From the IMG/VR virus record IMGVR_UViG_2061766007_000502: a stretch of 64,000 bases of DNA. One strand, 5' to 3'. Source of the DNA: an uncultured virus (IMG/VR IMGVR_UViG_2061766007_000502) (lineage: Duplodnaviria > Heunggongvirae > Uroviricota > Caudoviricetes). Both the position numbers and the translations under genes were made by a program. Of the stretch, positions 1 through 9,883 are shown piece by piece. Within the stretch, counting starts at the first letter, position 1. Every line of letters begins with the position of its first letter. The notes under the pieces are model-generated. The model was not told the DNA's origin and ran no database searches. It was given only the letters and a program-made list of their open reading frames with translations.

Positions 1-73
1 AGAGTTTAATTCTGCCGCGAAAAAAATTCAATGAAACCGTTAAGGAAAGATCTATTATTCCAAACAAAAACAC

Positions 74-628
74 TTGACTGATATGGAAAAAGAAAACTGT
101 GATTTGGAAAGAGAAAACTATGATGATTTAATTGGTACTGAGATTGAAGTCATCGACAATAAATCAAAGAAACATAAAAAAGTAACTATCAAGTCATACA
201 TATACACTGATGATACAACAGTATTCCTTACTACTGACAATGAAATGTATACTGAAAGTGATTTGAATATCACATACATTTTATCTGAAAGTACAGTATT
301 GAGAATATGGTTGGAAGAACATGCATATGCTATATTGGGAATAATTGCCGGTGATGTGAAAGCAAATGGCTTATGCATGAGTTTTATTGAATCTATGATA
401 TTATATCGACTTATCATAAAGAATGATAAAAAACCATTACCAAAACGAATTAACAAAATCGGTGATTCGCTGATAGAAGAATGGATTAATGAGAATAAAG
501 ATGTCATCCGTGATGAGCTTATGAATATCTTAGCAGATCATAACTATTTTTCTGATAATTATAATCAACTTTTTGAATCATTAAAAGAGAAGATTGAGAA
601 CATATTAATCAAAAAACAATCATCTTAA
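74..628 (+). CDS. Hypothetical protein
   Basis: 184-aa ORF ending TAA; no recognisable motif; start uncertain. Confidence 0.6.
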   Translation: MTDMEKENCDLERENYDDLIGTEIEVIDNKSKKHKKVTIKSYIYTDDTTVFLTTDNEMYTESDLNITYILSESTVLRIWLEEHAYAILGIIAGDVKANGLCMSFIESMILYRLIIKNDKKPLPKRINKIGDSLIEEWINENKDVIRDELMNILADHNYFSDNYNQLFESLKEKIENILIKKQSS

Positions 629-629
629 T

Positions 630-1106
630 ATGAATTAGATAAATAAAAAAATTACCAATCATCCCTGGTGTACTGCAATTAAGCGGACAAATATATCAGT
701 TCCAACAAAGTTTCTGCTGAAACATAATCTGGTTACAGGCAGGATTCTCGATTACGGTTGTGGTCTTGGATATGACACAGATGAATTATAGAAATAGGGA
801 TATGATATAACTGGCTATGATATTTACTACAGACCGGAATATCCCACCGGCAAGTTTGATACAGTGATCTGCAATTATGTCTTGAATGTGCTTGAAGAAG
901 ACAAACAGGCGGAAGTCATTGAAGATATAAAGAACTTGTTATCATCAAGCGGTAATGCTTATATAGCAGTCAGAAGGGATATTATCAAGGAAGGCTATAG
1001 ACTTCATGCTATTCACAGGCAATACACATATCAATGTAATGTAATCTTATAGTATGAGAGTCTTATTTGCAATAAACAATATGAAATTTACCAAATTAAA
1101 AAATGA
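630..1106 (+). CDS. Class I SAM-dependent methyltransferase domain protein (TAG readthrough)
   Basis: ATG at 630 to TGA at 1104 is open if four in-frame TAGs read through; motif ILDYGCGLG...GYD...FDTVICNYVLNVL. Confidence 0.8.
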
Positions 1107-1110
1107 TTAA

Positions 1111-1461
1111 CTTTATGGAATTAAATTCTATTTTGGTGGACAACCACCTTTTGATTTAAATGCTCGTAAGTACTATGTATAGGGCACTGAAGATGCTGAG
1201 TTAGTTCAAGAAATCAAGCAGTTCCTGAAAGATGAAGTTGGTTTGAAACCAGAAACTGTAGATAATGAGACTTTTGATGATACTGAAATGCTGTATTATG
1301 TACCAAGTCTCGGAATCAATAATTATATTCACAAACTCAAGAAAAACAATCTGTTGTCTTTGATTATTTAGAAGCAATACAAGTGCGTCAATGAGATTAT
1401 TGCCAATAAGAAATCAGAGATTCAAGAAACTAATGATGAACAGAGTGAGCCTAATCAATAA
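1111..1461 (+). CDS. Hypothetical protein, paralogue of the N-terminal domain of the next gene (start unclear)
   Basis: With TAG=Q reads KYYVQGTEDAELVQEIKQFLKDEVG...LYYV, similar to YYAEGTKNATLAKEIQKFFIDKLD...YYYV of 1506..2201; no clean ATG in the 5' part. Confidence 0.5.
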
Positions 1462-1505
1462 TCATTAATCTGAAGGTTGTTCTTTTTGTTAAAAATATTA
1501 CATTT

Positions 1506-2201
1506 ATGCAATTTACTACAACAATCAATATTAACATCAAATATTCTTATTATGCAGAAGGCACGAAGAATGCTACACTTGCTAAGGAGATTCAGAAATT
1601 CTTTATAGATAAACTTGATGTTAAGTCATGTTCTTCAATAGTACAATATAGATTTAATAATCCAGATCTTTATTACTATGTATCCGAAGATGGTGAAATG
1701 CATTCGACAAAGATAACAAAACTGCTTAGACAAGTTTTTGAAAGAAACTTCATAAAGATAAATGACATCGTCATACACAACTCACTGACTATTTCATTCA
1801 ATGATAATAGTTCTGATGTTGTAACTGAACATAATGAACAACAGAAAACAGTTAATGATGACATCATTGAGTTTTGTGACAATGATAACTCAACTGATTT
1901 GGCCAATCAAGAAGGACATGCATTTAATTATGCATTAATGGGGTTGAATAGCGGTCATCTTGTCACAAGAAAAGAGTGGTATAAAAAAGGTATATTCATC
2001 TTCAAGATGCCGAATAGAGTCATAGAGATCAGTCAATTTGACAATCCGTATCTTGAAAGTATATTCAGAACATATGACAAGCATCACATCACAGTTGAAC
2101 CGCTTATTGCTAAGAAAACTGAATTTGATACAATAGATTTGGGATATACCATATCTGAGAAAGATATACTTGCTAATGACTGGATAATTATCAGCAGATA
2201 A
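1506..2201 (+). CDS. Protein with C-terminal DUF2829/Tad2-like (Thoeris anti-defence 2-like) domain
   Basis: C-terminal ~95 aa FNYALMGLNSGHLVTRKEWYKKGIFIF...GYTISEKDILANDWIII follows the DUF2829 pattern (F..A...L..G..V.R..W...G.F....S..D.LA.DW.I). Confidence 0.7.
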   Translation: MQFTTTININIKYSYYAEGTKNATLAKEIQKFFIDKLDVKSCSSIVQYRFNNPDLYYYVSEDGEMHSTKITKLLRQVFERNFIKINDIVIHNSLTISFNDNSSDVVTEHNEQQKTVNDDIIEFCDNDNSTDLANQEGHAFNYALMGLNSGHLVTRKEWYKKGIFIFKMPNRVIEISQFDNPYLESIFRTYDKHHITVEPLIAKKTEFDTIDLGYTISEKDILANDWIIISR

Positions 2202-2205
2202 TAAG

Positions 2206-2249
2206 AACAGGATTTCCAATTATTATGTTGGAAATCCTGTTTTTTTTTT
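2206..2249 (+). terminator. Intrinsic terminator
   Basis: aacaggatttccaa / ttggaaatcctgtt inverted repeat followed by a T run. Confidence 0.8.
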
Positions 2250-2329
2250 GTAAAGTGATTTATGAAATAAACTGCATTATATTATAAGTTATGGCTGTTT
2301 TTTGTACTTAACCTATCATATAATGTGGT

Positions 2330-2851
2330 TTAAAACATCCATTTCAATTTCATATGATAGAATCGTTTGATGATTTCATTATGTCCGAATGCCCATTTGT
2401 AATCATCTATTTCTGAAACTGGTATCCATTTTATCTCTCCGACTTCATCTTTCTCATTATTCTTCTTTGAGAATTCATATTTGTCTATTGTGTCCGAAAG
2501 AATAACAAGGAATCGGTGAGAGATGTTCTGTCTTTTATCTGAACCGGGTTCATCAATCCATTCCATATCAATGAACTCACAATCTGATATATCAATACCA
2601 GTTTCTTCATATGTTTCTCTTATTGCAGCCATCTTTGTTGATTCATTGAAATCAAGATAACCACAACAACAATTCCAACATCCTACAAATTCAGGATCAG
2701 GTGTTCCCGGTCCACGTTGTGATGCAAGAACATATCTTTCATTATCTTTGTCTATGCCAAATGTCACAGCAAGGACTGCTACTGACCGGGACCACCAACC
2801 GAGGAAATTCCCGTCTTTGTCATAACATGGCTGATTCTTCAATTCTTTCAT
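2330..2851 (-). CDS. Nudix hydrolase (possible ADP-ribose pyrophosphatase)
   Basis: Nudix box GYLDFNESTKMAAIRETYEETGI; last gene of the NAD cluster. Confidence 0.85.
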   Translation of the reverse strand: MKELKNQPCYDKDGNFLGWWSRSVAVLAVTFGIDKDNERYVLASQRGPGTPDPEFVGCWNCCCGYLDFNESTKMAAIRETYEETGIDISDCEFIDMEWIDEPGSDKRQNISHRFLVILSDTIDKYEFSKKNNEKDEVGEIKWIPVSEIDDYKWAFGHNEIIKRFYHMKLKWMF

Positions 2852-2852
2852 A

Positions 2853-3620
2853 TTATATACAAGTTACACGTAATGCACAGTTGCTGTATGTTGCCATCGG
2901 CATTCTCTTGAATGATGAATTGTAGTACATGTCTTTCATCTTCTCAAGAGATTCAGGTTTAATATCATGTTCGCCTTCTCTGATCCACTTATCAAGTTCT
3001 GCATATGTGAATCCGATTTTCTCTTCATCCGGACTGCTATTCGGCAATCCGTCATCAGGTATCTTGTCAACCCATTTATCAGGCAGTTCAAGATATTTGC
3101 CGATTTGCTTGACTTCAGAGACTGTCAGGTTTCCAAGTGGAGACATATCCCCGGCAGCATCACCGAAGATAGTTTCATAGCCTATGATGTTCTCAGAGAG
3201 GTTGCAAGTATTTATTACACGACCGTTCATAGACTGTGATATAGCATAAAGCATGGTCATTCTCACTCTTGGCGGGATATTCTGCTCTGCTTGCCTTGAA
3301 ATACTGCTCAGTGCTGTATGAATGGATGCAGTAATAATTTCTATGGGAGCATAGATAGTATGTATTCCGAGATAGTCACAAATCTCATCTGCTTCATTAT
3401 AAGACTGGTTTACATCCGGCATTATGACACCGATAACTCTGTCCGGTCCCAATGCTTTAGTAAGTAATGCTGCACATATCGTGCTGTCCTTACCGCCAGA
3501 CATACCGAGAACTGCATTACAATCTTTGCCATTGCCTTCAAACCAGTTAGTTATCCACTTAATAAGTTCTTCTGTGACAAACTTAGTATTGAATCTGTAA
3601 TGAATAGGTTTGCTTAACAT
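2853..3620 (-). CDS. nadE: NH3-dependent NAD+ synthetase
   Basis: GMSGGKDS PP-loop, NIPPRVRMTMLY, GYETIFGD, DEEKIGFTY; no glutaminase domain. Confidence 0.92.
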   Translation of the reverse strand: MLSKPIHYRFNTKFVTEELIKWITNWFEGNGKDCNAVLGMSGGKDSTICAALLTKALGPDRVIGVIMPDVNQSYNEADEICDYLGIHTIYAPIEIITASIHTALSSISRQAEQNIPPRVRMTMLYAISQSMNGRVINTCNLSENIIGYETIFGDAAGDMSPLGNLTVSEVKQIGKYLELPDKWVDKIPDDGLPNSSPDEEKIGFTYAELDKWIREGEHDIKPESLEKMKDMYYNSSFKRMPMATYSNCALRVTCI

Positions 3621-3645
3621 ATAACTTCATTTTTGATTATTTGAG

Positions 3646-3736
3646 AAAAATGATAGTGACTCTTCATCCGGTTAGTCGAAATCCGAGTCACTATCAGCAT
3701 TACTTCACACTATGGCTTCTTTGTATTCAGTAATGC
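3646..3736 (-). terminator. Terminator-like hairpin plus upstream hairpin inside the NAD operon (pncB-nadE spacer)
   Basis: 12-bp stem tgatagtgactc/gagtcactatca with U-tract on the minus strand; second stem gcattact/agtaatgc. Confidence 0.55.
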
Positions 3737-3768
3737 ATTTTTATAGAGACACTTTACCGTAGTGGTTC

Positions 3769-4965
3769 TTATGCAATATGCAACTGATGTTCTGCGATTT
3801 CAAACTCTTTCTCATCACCCATATGTTTGCCAGCATCATCAGACATCTTTATCATATTCTCCCATGGATCCTTTGAAGACAGTCTGCATATCTCCGGTTT
3901 CATTACGACATTGGGCGCCTTGAAGTCCGGTATTCCAGGATCACATGTTATATCAGTTCCTATACCGAAGCCTCTCTTTGTCTTGTTATCGAAGAAATCC
4001 ATTATCTTATGTGCCTTATAGACATTAAGAGAATTTGAGAAAACTATGAGCTTTGTCTTCGGATCAATACCGAACTCTTTGAGTCTTTTTATAATCTTCT
4101 GACCGACTTCATATTCATTGCCTGAGTCTTGTCTGAAACCTGACAGAAGCAGTGCCTGCTGACGTGTCAGAGTCCTGAGAAATGAATCTGTTGTGTATGT
4201 ATCTATGAGTGCTGTTCCCAGATTGCCCTGATAAACTTTAATCCAGTCTTCAAGTGCAAGGTAATTCGCACGTTTGTAACCGAAGCATGCACCATGAAAC
4301 ATTATCCACTCATGAGCCATTGTTCCGGTCGGAATCATATCATATTTCATTGCAAAATACACATTAGAAGTGCTCTTGCATGTTTGAGACTCAATCTTTA
4401 TAAGACTTATACACTGCTCATGTGCTTCCGCACTGTATCTGCGGCGTGTGCCGAAATCAGAGAAAGGAACATTGAAAGAATTAGCATAGTGAATCTTCTT
4501 ATGGAGAATGTTCAGCATCTCCTCAGAATCATACTTATACTCATTGAATTGGTTGAGTATGAAGTTTCTTATCTCAGAGTATATTGCAAGTACAGGGATC
4601 TCATACAGTGTTGCTTTATAGAAAGTATCTTCAACTGTACATTGGAACACTCCGTCTTCATCAAACCAGAATTTTATCTTAGCCGGATTATATCTGAATG
4701 TACTGAGCCATTCCCAATACGGAGCAGGAATGTATGGTATGTTTTCAATACACCATTGCATTTCTTCTTCAGAAAGGAATAGTTCATGCAATTCATTGAT
4801 ATGCTTGTTGAACAGTTCAACAAGCATTTCTTTCTTTTCACCGGACCAACATTCTCTGTTACGGTCTGTAAACTTAAATCTGACTTCAGCAAGAGGATAG
4901 AGGCTGAAGTATGCATACGACATTGAGAACTTGTATAAGTCTGTGTCAAGTATTGATAGCATCAT
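3769..4965 (-). CDS. pncB: Nicotinate phosphoribosyltransferase
   Basis: SILDTDLYKFSM, DFGTRRR, GTMAHEW, DTY, RQDSG, GFGIGT motifs. Confidence 0.93.
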   Translation of the reverse strand: MMLSILDTDLYKFSMSYAYFSLYPLAEVRFKFTDRNRECWSGEKKEMLVELFNKHINELHELFLSEEEMQWCIENIPYIPAPYWEWLSTFRYNPAKIKFWFDEDGVFQCTVEDTFYKATLYEIPVLAIYSEIRNFILNQFNEYKYDSEEMLNILHKKIHYANSFNVPFSDFGTRRRYSAEAHEQCISLIKIESQTCKSTSNVYFAMKYDMIPTGTMAHEWIMFHGACFGYKRANYLALEDWIKVYQGNLGTALIDTYTTDSFLRTLTRQQALLLSGFRQDSGNEYEVGQKIIKRLKEFGIDPKTKLIVFSNSLNVYKAHKIMDFFDNKTKRGFGIGTDITCDPGIPDFKAPNVVMKPEICRLSSKDPWENMIKMSDDAGKHMGDEKEFEIAEHQLHIA

Positions 4966-5470
4966 ATATATTATTTTTTAAGATGAACTTATTCACAGAA
5001 GGAGTCAGGAACGGCATTGCAGTCTCATTGTTCTTGAGTTTCTCTCTTATTTCTGTAGATGAAATATCTATCTTTGAACGATCCACTTTGAATGTCTTGC
5101 AAGTGTCAAGTATGTATTCGGATTCATCCCATTCGCTGATTTCATTCATGATATCTGTTCCGCCGATTATCGTGTATTGGACATCTGACATCACATATTC
5201 ATAGAGATACTTAATCAACTGGTATGTGTATTTCGGCTGAATCATATATTCCATATCAAGGGATATTATACGTTTGTCACCGAGGTCCTGTACCATAAGT
5301 TCCACCATATTGTGCCTGAACAGATACGGTGAACTCTTTTTCTTCCATGGATTCTGCCATGCTGTAATAAACCAGACTGCATCTACTTGCTCAAGTGCCT
5401 TTATGGCTGCATATGCATGTCCGATGTGTGGCGGGTCGAATGAACCCAACATTAAACCGATTTCAGTCAT
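4946..5470 (-). CDS. nadD: Nicotinate-nucleotide adenylyltransferase
   Basis: GSFDPPHIGH, NPWK, IIGGTD, ISSTEIR; ATG at 5470 preferred over TTG at 5506. Confidence 0.9.
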   Translation of the reverse strand: MTEIGLMLGSFDPPHIGHAYAAIKALEQVDAVWFITAWQNPWKKKSSPYLFRHNMVELMVQDLGDKRIISLDMEYMIQPKYTYQLIKYLYEYVMSDVQYTIIGGTDIMNEISEWDESEYILDTCKTFKVDRSKIDISSTEIREKLKNNETAMPFLTPSVNKFILKNNIYDAINT

Positions 5471-6068
5471 TAGTGTTTTCTGTATTGTATTTTTCTTTAA
5501 AGTCAAATTTTTCTCCTATGAAAGACATACCATCATAGAATGGCTCGACATTGAAGCCGTGATTACGGAGATTCTTGTATGTCTGATAAACACAGTAGTC
5601 ACCAGCCAGTCCACATATGACATAATCATCTGTCAAAAATGCATCTATACAATCATCTTCTAAATAATTATATAATTCAACAAAGCCTTTTTCATTCGTA
5701 TATTCTTTCTTTTTCTCGAATGCACCATACTCTTCATGGTCTGAGCATGTACCTTTTTTAAAAATAAAATATCCAATATCGTTCTTAATGAGCGTATTCA
5801 TTATTTCATTGTTTATTGATGCTCCGTCAGAATCCATAAGACAATGTACAGGCCACTGACCGCCATTCTTTGCAAATGACTTGTCTTCTGGTGTATGCCA
5901 GTCCACAGTAAATATACATTCCTTTATTTCATTGTGATTATTCTCAATGTAACTGAGGATATTCTTTAGCGCATCCTCTGCTCCGGGAACATACAATGAA
6001 CCTTCAGTTTTATGGTAGAAATCCTTTTGGAAATCTACTATAATAAGTACTTTGTTTTTGTCTTCCAT
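5463..6068 (-). CDS. pncA: Nicotinamidase (isochorismatase family)
   Basis: IIVDFQKDF, GSLYVPGA, DWH, WPVHC, KG, GLAGDYCV catalytic motifs. Confidence 0.9.
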   Translation of the reverse strand: MEDKNKVLIIVDFQKDFYHKTEGSLYVPGAEDALKNILSYIENNHNEIKECIFTVDWHTPEDKSFAKNGGQWPVHCLMDSDGASINNEIMNTLIKNDIGYFIFKKGTCSDHEEYGAFEKKKEYTNEKGFVELYNYLEDDCIDAFLTDDYVICGLAGDYCVYQTYKNLRNHGFNVEPFYDGMSFIGEKFDFKEKYNTENTND

Positions 6069-6546
6069 TATTATAACTTCTTATTATTATNNNNNNNNNN
6101 NNNNNNNNNNNNNNNNNNNNNNNNNNNNNNNNNNCAAAATTTTTTGACTTTTTTTAAAAATAAAAACCAAAATACCTTATATTTGCAAAATTTTATGATT
6201 GTAAATTTTACAGCCATAATTTTTCAAATGAATTTATCATTTATGAAAAATTCATTTCAGAAAACTTTTTCGCACATTTAGAAATGTAAAATCTATNNNN
6301 NNNNNNNNNNNNNNNNNNNNNNNNNCATTTGTAAATGTTAATAAAAGCTTTATTTAGAACTATTATGCATAAAATATGCACATAAAAGTTGAATTTACAA
6401 CTATTAATTGCAAATTAATGTAACAAAATAACAGATAATGTTTATACACATTATTAATAAATAGCATCAAAAAGACTATATATTTACATTTCTAAATTAT
6501 CAAATACACTTTTTTCTTAATAAAGATTAATTTTTCCGCGTTTTAT

Positions 6547-6577
6547 TTTGCTGTTTCAAAAATTATCACTACCTTTG
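6547..6577 (+). promoter_or_regulatory. Bacteroidota primary-sigma promoter
   Basis: TTTG-N19-TACCTTTG. Confidence 0.75.
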
Positions 6578-6584
6578 CATCAAG

Positions 6585-7285
6585 TTATTAAATGAGATGA
6601 TGAATGCCGGTGATTATATTCAGAGTAGCACCGGTTGAATGCTAAGAATAACAGAAGATATCTTCAAATGGCATTGGATTGATGATGGCAATTGAATAAG
6701 ACATTTTAATCAGGTTGAGACTATCAGCATACATACTGATATTGACTCCCTCTTAGAAGTCAGTTCTTATTATGTGTTTCCCTATGTGAATAGGTTTGAG
6801 TCACATCATCCATTGCCACATTTGGACACGCAAAAAATGATAAGTTTATATATGCGATTAGCTTTAACAGGACAAGAATAATTCCCCAATTAGTTCTTCT
6901 GTTCGTGAGAATCGAAGAACTTGTTTTTAATATTATTTTCAGTCCTGAATGAACAGAGTAAAAGCAATGTTGTTGCTTATGCAGCATTTAAAATGATTGC
7001 TTTGTTACTCTTATGAGAATATGATGCTGTCAGATAACTGGCAGTTATTAATGAAAAGAATATAAAACATCCGTGAAGATAACCGACATAGTTTGGAGAA
7101 AATAACGGATAATCATTTAATAGAATAAACTAAATTTGATGGCAAATATCAAAAAATTGTAAAATTCCATTGCTGCGGTCCTGTCTGTGAAGATCGGACC
7201 GTTGTTCTGAACAAGAAAACCAAATCTATTTATTTATAGTTCATTCATCACCAGTTTTGTCTGAGAAGATAGAGCTGGTTTTACA
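6585..7285 (+). ncRNA. Candidate large structured non-coding RNA / long leader
   Basis: No long plus-strand ORF seen; many hairpins, several with GNRA loops (cctat-GTGA-atagg; ttc-GTGA-gaa; ct-GTGA-ag; ct-GAGA-ag); lies downstream of a consensus promoter. Confidence 0.5.
7069..7111 (+). repeat. Conserved RNA-like element, copy 1
   Basis: atccgtgaagataacc-N-atagtttggRgaaaataacggata, near-identical to 9557-9601. Confidence 0.85.
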
Positions 7286-7317
7286 AAATAAATAATAAAA
7301 ATGAAAAACATTCAGTT

Positions 7318-7569
7318 ATGAAACATCCAATTACAGAATCAGAAGCAAAACGTATTGCCAGAAATATCTTAGAAGAATGGCAGTCTGAAAATACCGATGC
7401 TATACTTGAAGACAAGATTGCTCAACAACTTGAAACTGCACATATGGCATTGAACAGATTATTCAGAATACTCCATACAAACAGGAGCAAGTCTAAACTG
7501 GCACAGAATATGCTCCCTTATATTAAGGATGCTGATAACAGCATAATCTTTGCACGTGACATGCTTTAA
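7318..7569 (+). CDS. Hypothetical protein
   Basis: 83-aa ORF ending TAA, followed by a hairpin. Confidence 0.6.
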   Translation: MKHPITESEAKRIARNILEEWQSENTDAILEDKIAQQLETAHMALNRLFRILHTNRSKSKLAQNMLPYIKDADNSIIFARDML

Positions 7570-7577
7570 AAAAACAA

Positions 7578-8165
7578 GTTATCCGGATGCTTCACAGCTT
7601 CCGGATAACACAATAACAAGAAGTTTTCTGTTGTAATCAGAGTAATTTTTGTGTGAATGCTATTTAAAAAATAACTTAATTTATATAATTTATTATATGA
7701 GAGTTGACTGAGTTAATCTATTCCCGGANNNNNNNNNNNNNNNNNNNNNNCATAATGCTTCGGAAACATTACAATCATAATATATGATTTGGAGTTATGC
7801 TCATCCGAAGCAATCACTGCTCCTAAAGATGATTCTGTGTCCGGTTGGAGTTATCCGGCTACCGGACACAGATACTGAAGATATAATGATTATTTCCTTT
7901 CATATGGATTCACCGTACAGCTGAATAGAGAGATCAAATTGTACTATGGGTGATACATCCCCAGTTCTTGTTGCTTTTTAATTTTCTTGTTTATTATAAT
8001 ATCATAAATAGTTTGTTTGTTGACACTTTGTTAATAATGAGAAGTGTTTAGACTTTCCTGAAATACATTCAGATTTGTTTTTGTTGAATTTCCTTTAAAT
8101 TCCTTTATATTAATAGTCTTTACACTTTACTATATACACATTAAACGCATTTTTAAGAACTGATT
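7578..8165 (-). ncRNA. Candidate minus-strand structured RNA
   Basis: Reverse promoter at 8173-8203; two stems each carrying ATAACTCCAA; ends at a GUGA-capped hairpin (7578-7609). Confidence 0.4.
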
Positions 8166-8172
8166 TCAATTG

Positions 8173-8203
8173 CAAATGTAGTCATTTTATTTGAAATAAC
8201 AAA
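8173..8203 (-). promoter_or_regulatory. Bacteroidota primary-sigma promoter
   Basis: Minus strand TTTG-N19-TACATTTG. Confidence 0.7.
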
Positions 8204-9342
8204 GTTTTTCATATCTTATTTTGTTTTATTCTTTTCATTTTTAACTTTTTTTNNNNNNNNNNNNNNNNNNNNNNNNNNNNNNNNNNNNNNNNNNNNNNNN
8301 NNNNNNNNNNNNNNNNNNNNNNNNNNNNNNNNNNNNNNNNNNNNNNNNNNNNNNNNNNNNNNNNNNNNNNNNNNNNNNNNNNNNNNNNNNNNNNNNNNNN
8401 NNNNNNNNNNNNNNNNNNNNNNNNNNNNNNNNNNNNNNNNNNNNNNNNNNNNNNNNNNNNNNNNNNNNNNNNNNNNNNNNNNNNNNNNNNNNNNNNNNNN
8501 NNNNNNNNNCAGATGATGATATAATCGATGCTGATAAAGAGACAAATACAGTAAGTGAACTTTATAAACAATTAAAGATTCAATACAAACAATCAATAGT
8601 AATTTGTTTTGACGGTTCTGCTGGTCAATATATCAAGAACAGAAAATATATATTGAATCTGCTTTCAAAAACCTTAAATTATATATTTGATGTGTATAAC
8701 ATAAAACATTCTGATATGTTTGTTGTACACAATGATGTATTACATAAGGGAGCAACACAGTTAGAAGAATTGTAGTTGTTTGATTGCGACAATTACAAAT
8801 TAATTGCCCCAAACAATATTTAGAAAATAAAAAATATAACTAATATAAACAATTCAGCAACATTCAAACATTATCGTTATCTCACATATTATGTCAAATA
8901 CCCTGATGATATGAAATACAAAACAGCATTGTCTTTCATATTGAATTTCTTAAACAATGTTTGGGATTACAAACGCTTCAAGAATATGTNNNNNNNNNNN
9001 NNNNNNNNCCAATCCTATAATGGAACCAATAGATTTCTGGTTTTCCGGACCGGAACTGGAAAGATTTACATTTTATAAGCAATCAGAAAATAAACTTGTT
9101 TTTGACAATATAACAGATTGGGTTTATTTTGGTAATATCATATATTGGTTTTATGGAAGTGAAATAGCAAATAAAATGAGAAAGAGAATTCAAAAGAATC
9201 AAAATCCATTTGATGTGAAATGATTTTCTCTTCTCTATAAGCAGAATTGAAATTATTGATGTTATTTCTCGATTGAACATACTATGAGTATAGTTTCATT
9301 TTTTGAAAATGTCTTTTTTATATGTTAAAATGTATAAATAAT

Positions 9343-9374
9343 TTTGCAAATTTCATAATGTTTTTGTATCTTTG
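9343..9374 (+). promoter_or_regulatory. Bacteroidota primary-sigma promoter
   Basis: TTTG-N20-TATCTTTG. Confidence 0.7.
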
Positions 9375-9556
9375 CAATTGCAATAATTAAAATGATATGA
9401 TTATCCGCAATAGTTCCAACAGATACAGGTAGTGGATTAGTCTTAGTCTTGATCAGATTGGACTACATTAGGAACGTCATAGTCACTTTACTTTTCTTAT
9501 GGGAGTGAAGTGCTATTATGTAACTGACAGTAATCATTTTCAAAGAAAAATAAAAT

Positions 9557-9601
9557 ATCCGTGAAGATAACCACAATATAGTTTGGGGAAAATAACGGAT
9601 A
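9557..9601 (+). repeat. Conserved RNA-like element, copy 2
   Basis: Matches 7069-7111; similarity extends ~65 nt upstream. Confidence 0.85.
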
Positions 9602-9637
9602 AACATCATAACAATAACAAGAAAAAAAAATTAGGGT

Positions 9638-9871
9638 ATGAAACACTTGATGCATAATTTTCTGATAATTATGTACACAGCACTTACTGTTGTAATACTA
9701 TTTAATTTCTTCCTTGTAGTAAAAAGGGAGAATCAGATAATCAAACAACAACAGACATTGATTCAGAGAATAGACACTCTTCAGAAAGAAGTAACATTGA
9801 TGAATCAGTATTTGTACAATTAGTCTGATACATATAGCAATGAAACGATTAATAGACAATTCAAGAAATAA
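9638..9871 (+). CDS. Small membrane protein (TM helix + coiled coil)
   Basis: Hydrophobic N-terminus; TAG at 9821 reads through to TAA at 9869. Confidence 0.55.
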
Positions 9872-9883
9872 TTCATTTGTTCT

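Noticed and set aside
6585..7285. RNase P RNA, tmRNA or hammerhead ribozyme
   Set aside because: Conserved signatures (GAGGAAAGUCC, tRNA-like ends, CUGAUGA...GAAA core) not found by eye.
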